A stretch of DNA of 64,000 bases, taken from the IMG/VR virus record IMGVR_UViG_3300028596_000001. One strand, 5' to 3'. A model generated the notes under the pieces. That model was given only the letters and a program-made list of their open reading frames with translations, did no database searches and was not told where the DNA came from. The position numbers and the translations under genes are program-made. This DNA is from a virus (Duplodnaviria; Caudoviricetes). Of the stretch, positions 1 to 10,458 are shown in pieces (positions within the stretch are counted from its first letter, which is position 1; every line of letters starts with the position of its first letter).

Positions 1-866
1 TCCAGGTCTTCAGTCCAGTTCAGATCGATTGGGTAGATACCCAACTTATCGAAGTCGGCACGGAACAGGTTCTGGATACGGTTCAGCTGTTCGGCGATAG
101 CCTCGAAGCAACCGCAGTACGAAACCAGACGAGCCGCGATGGAGTTGGTAGCTTCAGCGACGTACATGTCTGGATCGAGAACCGCTGGCAGGATCACACG
201 GAACAGGTGAGCCGTCAGCTTGAGGGCTGCTCGGGAGATCGAGTAACCGTTCAGCTCTACGGTTTGGTTGTCACCCTGGCCTTCAGACTGGCTCAGACGT
301 TTGACCACTTCGTTGTAGATCGGGAACACCGGCTTGGTCTTGTAGTAGACCCGCTCACCGCTACCGGTACCGCTACGACCCTGGACCTTGGAAACCTTCA
401 GGTGAATGAAGCGGTTGTCTACACCGTTCTCGTCCACTTCCACACGGAAGCGCTGCATGAGGAGTTTGACTTCCTCGATGACCGCCTTCTTGGTGCCCTT
501 GAGCGGTTCGATGATATCCAGAATGCCCTGGTTCCAGTTGCGCTTCTCTTTACCGTTGGCGATGCCGATCAGTACGACTGGATACTTCTTGAACAGCTCC
601 AGCATACGGATGACAGCCATCCGGCGAATGATCTTGAAGATCTCCGTCTCTTTACTGGTGATGTTTTCACAAGCAGGGTGGAAGAACACCTTGTTCATGG
701 TGTCAGTGGAATCGAGAACTTCCGACACTGGCAGATAGACGTTCATGTCATCTACCTTGATTGGGATCTCTTCTTCACCCAACTTGAGCACGATGCGATG
801 ATCTGGCTTGATCACACAGCCCCAGGTCATCAACATTTGCTTGTACAGTTTATTCAGATCATTCAT
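1..866 (-). CDS. Conserved Chimalliviridae core protein (phiKZ gp70-like by position), 3' end outside the window
   Basis: Hand translation: ATG at 866 (MNDLNKLYKQMLMTWGCVIK...) open to base 1; missing from the ORF track because there is no stop in the window; typical codon usage; directly follows the PicA-like gene. The gp70 label is synteny only. Confidence 0.7.
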   Translation of the reverse strand, partial: MNDLNKLYKQMLMTWGCVIKPDHRIVLKLGEEEIPIKVDDMNVYLPVSEVLDSTDTMNKVFFHPACENITSKETEIFKIIRRMAVIRMLELFKKYPVVLIGIANGKEKRNWNQGILDIIEPLKGTKKAVIEEVKLLMQRFRVEVDENGVDNRFIHLKVSKVQGRSGTGSGERVYYKTKPVFPIYNEVVKRLSQSEGQGDNQTVELNGYSISRAALKLTAHLFRVILPAVLDPDMYVAEATNSIAARLVSYCGCFEAIAEQLNRIQNLFRADFDKLGIYPIDLNWTEDL

Positions 867-881
867 GGAAAATTGTCCTTG

Positions 882-2315
882 TTACTTAATAAAGTATTCA
901 CGCAGGTTGTTAAGGAAGTTGACGGAGTCAGCGACGCCTGCGTCAGTACCTGCAATGTTCGAGCTAGTGCGAGCGAGGTAATACGTAGCATTAACGTACC
1001 GCTGGCAGGTGGCTTGGTCACCGTTGAAGAAGACTTCTACCGAGGTTTCACCAAACAGGTTGCACGTAGCCTTCACACTAACGATGGTGTTGCTATGCTG
1101 ATAGCCCGTGTTGAACTTGGTGAAGAACTTGTCCTTGAACATCTGCTTGAAGCGTTCAAGGCGGTTGATCGAATACGGATCGCGTTCTACGATCGACATC
1201 CATTCACCAGTTACCATTTCCACACCGTCTTCCGACATGGTCCCGTTGAACTCTTGGGAGTTGTTGGTAGCGGCGAATACCACGTGAGTTAGGCCCGCAC
1301 GGATCAACACGTCAACCGTCAGCATTGCAACTTCTTGTGCTGTGGTTTCGACCATGTTGGTCGCGCCGTAGGCGGTGGAGAACATGGTTTCGTCGATAAC
1401 CGGGAAACGGTCTTCGTCGAGCAAGTCGATGTTCATCACCTGGGTGAAGTTCTCGAATACTTCGGCGATCTCGCCCAGCTTGAAGCCTTGGAAGCCTACC
1501 CAGCTCCAGGTACCAGTTGCAACCGACATTGCTTTGAAGAACGGGTTCTCCGACAGCAACGACTCTTGCATGGTGTTGGAATACAGCGTACCCGCCACGC
1601 TATCTTGCACAGCCATACCGAAGTCTTGGTCGTGCAGTACGTTGCCAGCAATCTTCAACAGCTGCTTGGCGTGGTGAGTGGTATCCAGGTTCTGAGTCTT
1701 GGAGACCAGTACAGTCTTGCTGAGGTCAGCCGCCACGTTACCGGTGTAACCGCCTTGACGGTTCTCTTCCTCGGTGGAGATATAGCCCAGGACTTCGTTA
1801 CCGATATCCTGTGGACGCATAGCCCGCAGCTTCTGCTCTTCCAGCGGGTCACCCATCAGGAACTGCGAGGAACTGGTAACCGCAGTCTTGACCATCGGCA
1901 TTGCATCGAGACCGGTGGTGTTCTCAACGTTCACCGACCAGCAGCGTACTGGGATACACAGAGTGGCCGGATCGATACCGTCCATACGCTGTTCGCCGCC
2001 TGCCAGGTAGCACAGTACTACCAGCTCTTCTTCCAGCAATGCGTTCTGTTGCACAGAGAAACGCAGGAGACACAGACCGCGACGCTGGTTGTAAGTGTCT
2101 TCAATGTTTACCACACCGCGTGGGTTAACAGTCAGACCCCCTGACTGCCCGGCGATGCCGTTGATAGTGGACTCGACGATACCGCCGTTGGCTGCGTCCA
2201 TTACCATGCGATCGATGTTCGAGCTCTCCACATTCATGATGTTGTGGCGATGCATGTGCATGTGCACCGGGTTGCCCATACCGATACGAACTTGAGTGAG
2301 TACGATGTCTGCCAT
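882..2315 (-). CDS. picA: Putative phage-nucleus protein-import factor PicA/Imp1 (phiKZ gp69-like), 477 aa
   Basis: Full ORF. Third gene of the ChmC / gp68 / PicA triplet conserved in nucleus-forming phages; size compatible. No catalytic motif, so the call is mainly synteny. Confidence 0.55.
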   Translation of the reverse strand: MADIVLTQVRIGMGNPVHMHMHRHNIMNVESSNIDRMVMDAANGGIVESTINGIAGQSGGLTVNPRGVVNIEDTYNQRRGLCLLRFSVQQNALLEEELVVLCYLAGGEQRMDGIDPATLCIPVRCWSVNVENTTGLDAMPMVKTAVTSSSQFLMGDPLEEQKLRAMRPQDIGNEVLGYISTEEENRQGGYTGNVAADLSKTVLVSKTQNLDTTHHAKQLLKIAGNVLHDQDFGMAVQDSVAGTLYSNTMQESLLSENPFFKAMSVATGTWSWVGFQGFKLGEIAEVFENFTQVMNIDLLDEDRFPVIDETMFSTAYGATNMVETTAQEVAMLTVDVLIRAGLTHVVFAATNNSQEFNGTMSEDGVEMVTGEWMSIVERDPYSINRLERFKQMFKDKFFTKFNTGYQHSNTIVSVKATCNLFGETSVEVFFNGDQATCQRYVNATYYLARTSSNIAGTDAGVADSVNFLNNLREYFIK

Positions 2316-2333
2316 TGCGCTGTTCCTTACTAC

Positions 2334-3890
2334 TTAACCATTAACTTGTTTTATGAGAGCCATGTATTCGTTCTTGATTTCGTTTTCCACTTCAATCGAG
2401 AACAAATCGCCTGCCGTGACTCGGTCATAAATCTCCGGATCGTCCAGCACCCCGTATTCGAGGTTGGACCGCCAAACGCCATTCCCGAATTGGGAAAGGA
2501 AACTATCAGCTGCTAACAATGCTTCATTATAACCTCGGTTCTCGCTATTGCGGGACTGTACGTCGCAAATGGAGGCAAGGTAGTTCTTGTCTTCATCGCT
2601 AAGCTTAAGCCCTTCCGCCAAGCTCCGGGTACCATTAGGATCATGGATTGCACCCAGAACAGATGGAAGATACTTATAACCTTGTTCACTCAGTTTAACT
2701 TGAGCGAGAGCGATGGCCGCCATGAACTGGGTATAGTTGCATGCTTCCCAGATAAATGCCGAAACTACTTCGAAGTAGGTCAGCTCCAGGATACGCACGA
2801 TGTGGTTGTGCATGTCGAAGTCCCAGTTGATCGGGAGGTTGTCGTAAACCTTCTCCACCAACTTTTCATTCTTGATGCCCAACGCAATGCACTGATACTT
2901 GAAACGATCTTTGAAACGTGGTGCGTCGGTTTCATCGAACAGACCGAAGCTGAAGAACTCTGCTTCGGATTCCTGGTCGGAGGATTTAACTTCCTCGGTG
3001 ATCCCGTACTTGTCATAGTTGGAGCGTTTGTCTTCCTCGTCCGCTCCCGGCCGATCTTCTTTTGGTTTGAAGATCGTGCTGGTCTCATGCTGCTTGACCG
3101 CACCGTTGATACTGTTAGCGATGTTCTTGTCGTGTTCCGTTTCCGGAATGACTGCACAGCACAGACGATCGAAGATTGCACTGAACAGTACTTTCTCGAT
3201 AAACGTCTCGCTGCTACCACCGCCATCGATCTGAGTTGGGATACCGCGCTTGTCAAACGAGAAGCGGAAGTAAGTGTTAAGCTTCTCCCAACCATACAGC
3301 CGAGTTATGTACGGATTATTCTTGATCAGCTCGCCGCAAACTACTTCACGGTAGCCGGAGCCCATGGTCTGATCGAAACGATTCAACAGACCGAAGATGA
3401 TCGGATAAACAGTACGTACTACAAATGCCAACTTCACCAGGTTGACGTAGTCGTTGTCCGTTACTGTAGTTTGTTCTGGATAGTCCCCTTTGCTGGCTGC
3501 TTCGCTCAGGTTCTTGGGGATCTTCAGATATTCCGAGTTCTGGATGAACGCGCAATACTTGTCGACGTTTACCAGTTCGAGGATGTCATCGACTATTGGC
3601 CGTAACTGATTGATCTCAGTGTTATAGTCGTAGAACTTCCCGCTCTCGACAATGCTGTGCGCTTTGTCATAGAGATGGAACAACTTGATCTTTTGTTCGG
3701 TAGTGAATACCGAATCAACATAGTCGTTGAAGCAACTGAAGAGATTGTTCTCTTCTTCAGACTTGTCACGAATTACTTTTTCCAGCTGGACCTTAGCCCG
3801 GCCATTGAACAGGATCAACTGGTCGTTAAGGGATACTTCGATCGCCTTAATGCCTTTCTTACCAGTCCTTCGAATATTAATCAAGAACAT
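2334..3890 (-). CDS. Non-virion RNA polymerase specificity (sigma-like) subunit, phiKZ gp68-like, 518 aa
   Basis: Size close to phiKZ gp68, position between the ChmC-like and PicA-like genes, and an upstream early-promoter-like motif at 3921-3938. Confidence 0.65.
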   Translation of the reverse strand: MFLINIRRTGKKGIKAIEVSLNDQLILFNGRAKVQLEKVIRDKSEEENNLFSCFNDYVDSVFTTEQKIKLFHLYDKAHSIVESGKFYDYNTEINQLRPIVDDILELVNVDKYCAFIQNSEYLKIPKNLSEAASKGDYPEQTTVTDNDYVNLVKLAFVVRTVYPIIFGLLNRFDQTMGSGYREVVCGELIKNNPYITRLYGWEKLNTYFRFSFDKRGIPTQIDGGGSSETFIEKVLFSAIFDRLCCAVIPETEHDKNIANSINGAVKQHETSTIFKPKEDRPGADEEDKRSNYDKYGITEEVKSSDQESEAEFFSFGLFDETDAPRFKDRFKYQCIALGIKNEKLVEKVYDNLPINWDFDMHNHIVRILELTYFEVVSAFIWEACNYTQFMAAIALAQVKLSEQGYKYLPSVLGAIHDPNGTRSLAEGLKLSDEDKNYLASICDVQSRNSENRGYNEALLAADSFLSQFGNGVWRSNLEYGVLDDPEIYDRVTAGDLFSIEVENEIKNEYMALIKQVNG

Positions 3891-3920
3891 TTAAACACAC
3901 CCCATGCTTACATACCGATT

Positions 3921-3938
3921 AATAATTTAGGTTTGAAA
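3921..3938 (-). promoter_or_regulatory. Putative early (virion-RNAP) promoter, variant
   Basis: TTTCAAACCTAAATTATT upstream of the gp68-like gene; resembles the motif found before chmA and phuZ. Confidence 0.5.
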
Positions 3939-3961
3939 TTCTCTTGCTGCGCTATAAGACT

Positions 3962-3990
3962 AGCCTAAGCGGGGTTACCCCGCTTAGGCT
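3962..3990 (-). terminator. Intrinsic terminator hairpin after the chmC-like gene
   Basis: 13-bp perfect stem AGCCTAAGCGGGG/CCCCGCTTAGGCT. Confidence 0.65.
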
Positions 3991-4030
3991 TTTATAGTCC
4001 TTTATAAAGCAAAGCCCCTAGTACGAATTA

Positions 4031-4765
4031 TCAGAACGCGATATCGTCGAACTCGTCGTCGAAGCTGGAGTTGTGGTTCGACTGGTTCGGGTTACCTTTG
4101 TTCTGGTTGTAACCACCGTTGCCGTTGGCGCCACCGCTGGTGCCTTCACGAGGCTTCTGTGGTTCCCAGCCTTCCAGTTCCATACGGTCGAGGACCATAC
4201 GGTGGAAGTTGACCCAGGCGCGCAGGTACATGCGCGACATGCAGCCACGGTCTTCGACCACTTCGCCGGCTTCGTTCTTGTACATGATGACCGAGCTATT
4301 CGGGCCTTTGAAGCGAGTGGTGACTTTGTAGTCGCCCTTGCTGTAACCCAGGGTGATCTGGCCGGCATCGTCACGAATGATGGTCAGGGTCACTTGGGTG
4401 ATCGGCGAATCGGACATGCGCGACGCGCCGCCGGTACGAACGAACTGGTGCTTCTTGACGACCAGTTGTTTGGTCTTGAAGTCAGGGTTGTTCGAAGCTT
4501 CGAGCAGAGTTTCGAACAGAACGTTGCGGTCGTAAGCGCCCAGCTCTACTTCTTTGTGCGGGGACTTAGCGCCTTCCTTGAAGACACCGTCGCTGATCTT
4601 CAGAACGATCTTGCCGGCGTTGGTGACTTCCCACATGAACTGTGCAGGATATTTGCCGCCGTCCATAGGAGCATCCGACGCTGGGTGTGGTTGACGCCAG
4701 TCGTTGAGGAAGCTCTTCTTACGAGGTTGTGGAGTTGGACGGCTGTTGTTTTGCTGGTAGCTCAT
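4031..4765 (-). CDS. chmC: ChmC-like nucleic-acid-binding protein (Whirly/SSB-like) with disordered G/N-rich region and acidic C-terminal tail, 244 aa
   Basis: C-terminus GTSGGANGNGGYNQNKGNPNQSNHNSSFDDEFDDIAF is an SSB-type tail; lies immediately upstream of the gp68-like gene, where ChmC sits in relatives. Confidence 0.6.
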   Translation of the reverse strand: MSYQQNNSRPTPQPRKKSFLNDWRQPHPASDAPMDGGKYPAQFMWEVTNAGKIVLKISDGVFKEGAKSPHKEVELGAYDRNVLFETLLEASNNPDFKTKQLVVKKHQFVRTGGASRMSDSPITQVTLTIIRDDAGQITLGYSKGDYKVTTRFKGPNSSVIMYKNEAGEVVEDRGCMSRMYLRAWVNFHRMVLDRMELEGWEPQKPREGTSGGANGNGGYNQNKGNPNQSNHNSSFDDEFDDIAF

Positions 4766-4869
4766 GAGATATCCTTAAAAATTGCGAGTGCCCGTTATAG
4801 ATTGTATCTACAGTGAGATTACATCTTGTCGGAAGAATGGGTTTCAATGGCTTCTGCAAGCCACTGGTT

Positions 4870-5667
4870 TTAAAGCATCAACATCAAACCTGCTCGTTCC
4901 ACCCCTTGAGGAAGAGATGAAATCGAAGAACGTACCCGGGACATTGTCGAAGCGCTAGTCCAATGACTTTCTTCGGCTATTCGCTTCACCACTTCACGTA
5001 TACCAGCAATGGATGATTTGAAGTTAGTCGAGTTATCTCCAAACACCTGGATGGTCAAACGGTTCAGCGGCATGTTGTACAGGTTCTTTCCGCCAGTGAG
5101 TTTCGTATTCCAATCTGGGTAGAGTTTGAGCACCCCCGTATAAGACTCTAAAAGTTTCAACCGAGCTACGCCGTTGGTTTCACACAGATCCACAGGATGG
5201 TGTGTCAATACAATGCCATTGCCGCTAAAGACAGGCATACCAACATCGGTCTTAACAATCAACTTCTCATACTTCTTGAAAACGATCTCACAGGTCTTAA
5301 CAATTGTTTCTTCTAGCTTCTGTTGCTTTTCAGTACCCTTGGTGTGGTCTTTGATATCCGCCTTAGGGTACTTGCTCTTCAAGCCTTTATACGTTGGGTA
5401 GTACACCACCATCTTTACCGGTTTACCGTTGCGATGGGTTTCGATGTACTTAGCCAAGAAGGTGATGTCTCCTTCCACATCCTTGGCTAACGCCGTAGCG
5501 TTGTACTGCTCACTGTCTTCCTTGTCGTAGCTATCGATAGCGTTCCGTACCAGCGTGCGCAGGTTAAACAGAAGACTGTCGGTATTGGCCAAACTACTAA
5601 TAGCACCGCCCTCAAGGGCCATGGAGGTGCCTACCGAAATCCCTAATCCACCGGTTGAGCGGCTCAT
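4870..5667 (-). CDS. Conserved core hypothetical protein (possible nuclease-like fold), 265 aa
   Basis: Clean ORF overlapping the stop of the SbcD-like gene by 4 nt; no decisive motif. Confidence 0.6.
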   Translation of the reverse strand: MSRSTGGLGISVGTSMALEGGAISSLANTDSLLFNLRTLVRNAIDSYDKEDSEQYNATALAKDVEGDITFLAKYIETHRNGKPVKMVVYYPTYKGLKSKYPKADIKDHTKGTEKQQKLEETIVKTCEIVFKKYEKLIVKTDVGMPVFSGNGIVLTHHPVDLCETNGVARLKLLESYTGVLKLYPDWNTKLTGGKNLYNMPLNRLTIQVFGDNSTNFKSSIAGIREVVKRIAEESHWTSASTMSRVRSSISSLPQGVERAGLMLML

Positions 5668-6794
5668 AAGAATTCCTCCAGAATAGCCCGTGCTGCCGCA
5701 GGATCGATATTGTGTTTAGCCAACTCCTCTTTAACAGAAGGGGCCTCAAACACCGAATCGGGCAAACTAGCCTTGGTTAAAGAAACACCGTTATACGTTG
5801 CAGTGCTGAACAGAGCCTCTTCAAGAATCTCATCCTCATTCTTTTCGTTCTGCGCTTTAAGCGTGAACTGAGGATACTCCTTACTAAGCATGCTGATTAC
5901 TGGGTTCACCACCATCGCACTACCACCCATCACACGGATGTGGGAATGACGGGGCAAATTGCGCTTCTTAATAAAGGCGTGGATATCAGTAATGAGGTCA
6001 TCAGCCGTGATCTCGGAATCTACGTTCATGGTGAGATAAGGCAAAGCGCCTTTGTTCTCCCAGAAGTTAGCTTCAAAGTATTCGGTCTTCAGATCGAAGT
6101 CGATGCAGTAACCGCCTTTCGGATGTTCTTCACCGTGTTTAGTCCGATCGAAACTACCGGAGGTATACAGTTTACCTTTTTGCACAGGGGTATGGATATG
6201 CCCAGCTAAGATGCAATACTTGGTGATGGACTCCCAGCGCTCCAGGTTGTGGCACTTGTGCCGTAACTTTGGCAGTAGCTGGAATTCAAACGCACCGTGG
6301 AAGTGGATCTGATCTACCTGCTCCAAACCTGCTTCATTTAATACCTGTACCGCTCGTTCCCAGATTTCATCAGGAGTCAGTGCCCCCATGTTGTCTGGGA
6401 CGTACATAACCGTCAATCCATCCAAATGCTCGTAGGTCACGATACTCAGGGTATCAATGTAACGAACATCCATGCCCTCAGGGGCTAGGTTAAGGAAGTG
6501 TCTAGGTTGTTCCCAGTCGTGGGAAGAAGTACCAGCCAACCACACGATCGTGATGTGCGGGTTGGCTTTGTACGCATATGCCAGGAAGGTCTTTGCCCAA
6601 TCGAAAACGACGTGGGTGTCGGTATGGGGAAGTTCTACCATACGCTCAAAGAAGTCACCGCCAAAGGTAACCATGTCCACCTTACCCAGATCATGGTCCT
6701 TACGCAGGAACACGGTCAGGTTATTCAAGACGTGTCCGGTAGGAGTCGTCTGGTGGAACGTGTGGTGGTCGGAACTCCAAAGCAGCCTAAACAT
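5664..6794 (-). CDS. sbcD: SbcD/Mre11-like metallophosphoesterase nuclease, about 376 aa
   Basis: Calcineurin-like motifs SSDHH, GGDFFE, GTSSHD and GHIH. Start moved from the track's 6911 to the ATG at 6794, which follows a GGGGAG RBS. Confidence 0.8.
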   Translation of the reverse strand: MFRLLWSSDHHTFHQTTPTGHVLNNLTVFLRKDHDLGKVDMVTFGGDFFERMVELPHTDTHVVFDWAKTFLAYAYKANPHITIVWLAGTSSHDWEQPRHFLNLAPEGMDVRYIDTLSIVTYEHLDGLTVMYVPDNMGALTPDEIWERAVQVLNEAGLEQVDQIHFHGAFEFQLLPKLRHKCHNLERWESITKYCILAGHIHTPVQKGKLYTSGSFDRTKHGEEHPKGGYCIDFDLKTEYFEANFWENKGALPYLTMNVDSEITADDLITDIHAFIKKRNLPRHSHIRVMGGSAMVVNPVISMLSKEYPQFTLKAQNEKNEDEILEEALFSTATYNGVSLTKASLPDSVFEAPSVKEELAKHNIDPAAARAILEEFL

Positions 6795-6816
6795 GTAAAA
6801 CTCCCCAATTCCTTTC

Positions 6817-7605
6817 TTAGCACTCGAGCGGATCGTAATCCTGGCCGGCAGGAGTGCCGTTACTTTGTGTTGGTTCTGGCGTCGCGACTGCGCCAGTACC
6901 GAAGTCCACATCGAACTGGCCTTTAACCAGCTTGTTGATGTGATCCTTCTCTTCTTGTGTTACCGGCTCGTTGCGATGAGCCTTGTACAGGATCGGACGG
7001 GCGCGCGACAGATCTTCGGCCTTCACTTGGCCCTGGTTGATGTTGTCCCGGATATAATAGATCTTCTGTTCTACTTCAGGGATAATGTCGTGCTTGGCGT
7101 AGTACCAATCGGAAACCAGATCGGTGATGGTCCGTTGCTTGACGTTGGCCAGACTGGCACCGGAGGTCTTGGTCAGGGCAGCGGAAGCCATCGGGTTATC
7201 ACGCAGCATGCTGTCGGCGGAGATCTGCTTGATAGCCATCTCGATGCTGCGGAACATACGGTACTGCTCTGGACCCATGTTGTTCGAGACCAGTGGCGGG
7301 ATGATCAACATTGGCTTGTTGTTGGCATCAACCACCATTACCGATTGCAGGCCATCGGCCGACAGTTCCAGCCACTGTTGTACCTTGAAGTAGTTGTGGC
7401 CGTGGTAGTTGCCCAGAGCGAAGCCCATCAGCCAGTCTCTGAGGAACTCTTGCTCGTCGATGACGGTTGCCACGTTGAAAGGCACAGTTTCGCCTTTCAT
7501 GGTCATCATCCGCTTGCCGTCCACTTCGGAAACGGTATAGTCCTTCAGCCAGCCGAAGGATTCTTCAATGATGGCTTGTTTGGTACTGCGTGCTTGTTCA
7601 GACAT
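6817..7605 (-). CDS. Conserved core hypothetical protein, about 262 aa
   Basis: Track ORF 6817-7644; the likelier start MSEQARS at 7605 overlaps the upstream TGA; strong codon bias. Confidence 0.7.
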   Translation of the reverse strand: MSEQARSTKQAIIEESFGWLKDYTVSEVDGKRMMTMKGETVPFNVATVIDEQEFLRDWLMGFALGNYHGHNYFKVQQWLELSADGLQSVMVVDANNKPMLIIPPLVSNNMGPEQYRMFRSIEMAIKQISADSMLRDNPMASAALTKTSGASLANVKQRTITDLVSDWYYAKHDIIPEVEQKIYYIRDNINQGQVKAEDLSRARPILYKAHRNEPVTQEEKDHINKLVKGQFDVDFGTGAVATPEPTQSNGTPAGQDYDPLEC

Positions 7606-8008
7606 GTTTGAGTCTCTCATCGTCCAGGATACGGTAGTGCTCACCGGTAGTTTCGATTGTGCGCCCTAAATCATAGACTCTGCCGTCACTAATTACTTGA
7701 GCGTCGATCTGCACGGTATACAATGACCGGGATTCATTGATGTATTTGAAGGTAACGCGGACAGTACGCTGGGTGAAAAGCTCCCCCAAGTACGAGTCGA
7801 ATTCTTGCTGTGCCTTCTCTACTAGGGCGTCAGGAGTACGGTTGTATTTCATGAACAGATAATAGAAGCTGGGGACGCTACCCATTATCTTGCCTTGGTT
7901 ACGACGACTGGTGAACCAGTAAGTGAAATGGCGGGACAGGGCTTCTTCTACTGACTGGATTTCCCAGCCAATGCCCGTCGACATAGTGCCCACACAGAAA
8001 TTACTCAT
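7598..8008 (-). CDS. Hypothetical protein, possibly gp25/GPW baseplate-wedge-like fold, 136 aa
   Basis: ORF with a GGTAGG RBS; the helix-helix-strand pattern only loosely resembles gp25-like proteins. Confidence 0.5.
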   Translation of the reverse strand: MSNFCVGTMSTGIGWEIQSVEEALSRHFTYWFTSRRNQGKIMGSVPSFYYLFMKYNRTPDALVEKAQQEFDSYLGELFTQRTVRVTFKYINESRSLYTVQIDAQVISDGRVYDLGRTIETTGEHYRILDDERLKHV

Positions 8009-8044
8009 TACGCAATACCTACCCAGGGATTATCGTAAAATCGC

Positions 8045-8094
8045 AAAAAAAAATAAAGAAGGTAGACTAAGGGAGGCGAACCTCCCCTAGCTAC
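8045..8094 (-). terminator. Intrinsic terminator
   Basis: GGGAGG-TTCG-CCTCCC hairpin followed by a long T tract on the minus strand. Confidence 0.8.
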
Positions 8095-8103
8095 TAACTA
8101 CTA

Positions 8104-8727
8104 TTACTCGTCTGCTGGTGGTTCTACTTCAGACGCATCGCGCTTAATGTCGAACAGACCTTTCGCACGGTGGTAGTCCGCCGCATTCCAGGTCTTGTCG
8201 ATACTGACGATGTCACGGAATGGCAAAGCCTCGCTACCAGTATCCACGTAGTGGCTATGGCTCAAGACGTTCTTCCCGTCGACGTGTTGCAGGTCCAGTA
8301 CTCCGTGTCTTGCTTTACGGTAGTACGGGTTAGCCGCCCCCACACCTTTGCACATAGCGTGTAGGTCATCGTAGCCTTCGATCTGGCCATCCAGGAATGC
8401 CTGCATGTGACCAGGGTTAGCCATGATGTAGTTGGACATCAAGCCACGAGCACCGAGGATACCATCCGCAGTACCCAGGTAACCGATTTCGAAACGACCT
8501 ACGTATTCACCATCATCTTTGCTGGCGAGACGTTTGCCGAGTTCCCAGGCTCTGGAATTAAGGAAGTTATTGAAACCATCCATAATCTTGGTTGCTTGAC
8601 TAGCCAACCAGCCCCCAGCGCCCTGCACTGCTTGTACGTTCTGACTGACATACGCTGCGTTCTGTGCCATTTGCTGGTCGGTAAAGCTACCCGACATGGC
8701 ATAGGCGAACGCATGAGCACTGTTCAT
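8104..8727 (-). CDS. Conserved core hypothetical protein downstream of nvRNAP beta', 207 aa
   Basis: ORF with a GGAGG RBS, followed by a terminator at 8045-8094. Confidence 0.7.
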   Translation of the reverse strand: MNSAHAFAYAMSGSFTDQQMAQNAAYVSQNVQAVQGAGGWLASQATKIMDGFNNFLNSRAWELGKRLASKDDGEYVGRFEIGYLGTADGILGARGLMSNYIMANPGHMQAFLDGQIEGYDDLHAMCKGVGAANPYYRKARHGVLDLQHVDGKNVLSHSHYVDTGSEALPFRDIVSIDKTWNAADYHRAKGLFDIKRDASEVEPPADE

Positions 8728-8749
8728 TGTTCAGCCTCCCTAATACTAA

Positions 8750-10372
8750 TTATGCTGCGATTGCGTGCGTGTGCATCAGCGTGTTCAGGTTCATCAGGTT
8801 AGTAGCAGTTTGACCTGCGTAGTCACCCACCTTGAACGGCGTGTTGCGGTCCAATGTCTGGTGATGACCCCAGCCACCGTATGCCTTGGCCTTGGACTCG
8901 TTATCGACCAGTACGACAACATATTCGTTATCGCCGTCGAAGTCAGCGTTCTGCTGCTTAGTGCCCAAGATCGGCAACTTGATACTTTCGTCTTCCAGGT
9001 CCCGGTTAACAAAGAACTTGAAGGTACGAAGACTCAGGTATTCGATAGACGGGTTACGACCAGATTGAATCAATGCCTTGCAGTTGTTCTCCATATCGGT
9101 GAAGAACTCATCAATCAACGGATCGATGTGATAGGCTGCCTGCTTGATGCGTTGCAGAGCCTTGTACGGCGTATGACCACGACGATACAAGAAACTCTTG
9201 ATATGGATCTCGAGCATCGAGAGAGCCATCTTCCACGGTACGATCAACTTGTCAGGGTCGATAATGCCGGTTTGGGACGTAATAATAGAACGCCCAGTGA
9301 AAGGTAATGAGCCAGAGCCGCAATGTTTACGGTTCAGGCCATGCTTCTCGAACAGCGCTTTCGGGTTGTTGATCCGACGGTACTGTTCAGCCAAAGCTAC
9401 CAACACTTTACCAACAGTGTCAGCATTCTTCTGTTTCTCTGCCGCTGTCAACGTGTGACAGAGGTTCGACTTCATGGTGTCAACCATAGTCACATACATT
9501 GCTGCAGTGATTGGCTGATAGGAGTACGAGAACGTATCCTTACCACTCTTTTCCAGAATCGTGCTATAACGGTTAGGGACCTTCATGTAGTACGGGAAAG
9601 CAATATGCTTGTATTTCTCCCATACTTCCATGTAGGTCGGGCCTTCTTTGGTATCCTTGAAGTGGCGACGACCGTTGCCAATCAGGATCCATTCCATCAG
9701 CTTATCAGCATTCCGATAGAAGCTGTTGATGTTGATCTCAGTGATCCCGAGTTCATTCAACATATTCTTCAGAACGATACCGGTCATGTTCTTGTGCTTG
9801 TCGACATCACGTCGATAATCTTTATCCAAGAAGTACCAAGGTACGCAGACCTTTGGCGAACCGATTGCAATATTGCTAAAGAAGGTAGAGAGGAAGCCGA
9901 TGTTTACGAAACGCTCTACCCCTTCAGGTGCTTTCAACCAGAGTTTGGTGTCGTCACCTTTGTTCAGGAACTTCTCCGGAGGATCTCCACAAATCTCACA
10001 GATCTGCGGACGGTCTTCACGGAGACGGAAGTTACCACGCAAGTTACCACACGAACACTTCGCAATGGTCTCGAACGAATTCCCGGAGAACTCCATACGA
10101 GTCAAACGACCCAGCAGATCCCGGTCCTCTTCGAGCTTGAGATCAAGGTCGTTAAGGTAGATCGGTTTCAGCTTACTGGTGTCATGAAGATAGTCGTAAT
10201 CTTCAAAGTCCGGGTACAACGGTCGCGAATACTGTGGGTCATCAGTCAGCACTCCTCCGAATGGAGCAGCGAACTTAGCCAGGTACGTCATCGGATCTAA
10301 CGCTTGTTGGCTAAACTGAGTCAGTGCATCAATGGCCCGCTGGTTAGACGGGGTAATAGCAGGCAAGTCCAT
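8750..10372 (-). CDS. Non-virion RNA polymerase beta' subunit (N-terminal/catalytic part, phiKZ gp55-like), 540 aa
   Basis: Catalytic NADFDGD motif, zinc-binding CSCG...CEICG, GRSII and RNPSI motifs; immediately downstream of chimallin. Confidence 0.92.
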   Translation of the reverse strand: MDLPAITPSNQRAIDALTQFSQQALDPMTYLAKFAAPFGGVLTDDPQYSRPLYPDFEDYDYLHDTSKLKPIYLNDLDLKLEEDRDLLGRLTRMEFSGNSFETIAKCSCGNLRGNFRLREDRPQICEICGDPPEKFLNKGDDTKLWLKAPEGVERFVNIGFLSTFFSNIAIGSPKVCVPWYFLDKDYRRDVDKHKNMTGIVLKNMLNELGITEININSFYRNADKLMEWILIGNGRRHFKDTKEGPTYMEVWEKYKHIAFPYYMKVPNRYSTILEKSGKDTFSYSYQPITAAMYVTMVDTMKSNLCHTLTAAEKQKNADTVGKVLVALAEQYRRINNPKALFEKHGLNRKHCGSGSLPFTGRSIITSQTGIIDPDKLIVPWKMALSMLEIHIKSFLYRRGHTPYKALQRIKQAAYHIDPLIDEFFTDMENNCKALIQSGRNPSIEYLSLRTFKFFVNRDLEDESIKLPILGTKQQNADFDGDNEYVVVLVDNESKAKAYGGWGHHQTLDRNTPFKVGDYAGQTATNLMNLNTLMHTHAIAA

Positions 10373-10402
10373 AAAGAACCCCTAAAAAGCAAAAATAGAA
10401 AA

Positions 10403-10438
10403 TAAAGGCTAGGGAGGCGCGAACCCCCCTAGCCTTTA
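10403..10438 (-). terminator. Intrinsic terminator after chmA
   Basis: TAAAGGCTAGGG/CCCTAGCCTTTA stem plus T tract. Confidence 0.8.
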
Positions 10439-10458
10439 ATCCATTAAAGGCCTAGACC

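Noticed and set aside
8750-10372. Group I intron or homing endonuclease in RNAP or DNA polymerase genes
   Set aside because: The nvRNAP beta', vRNAP beta and beta', and DNA polymerase ORFs are all continuous, with no HNH/GIY-YIG motif and no extra intein.
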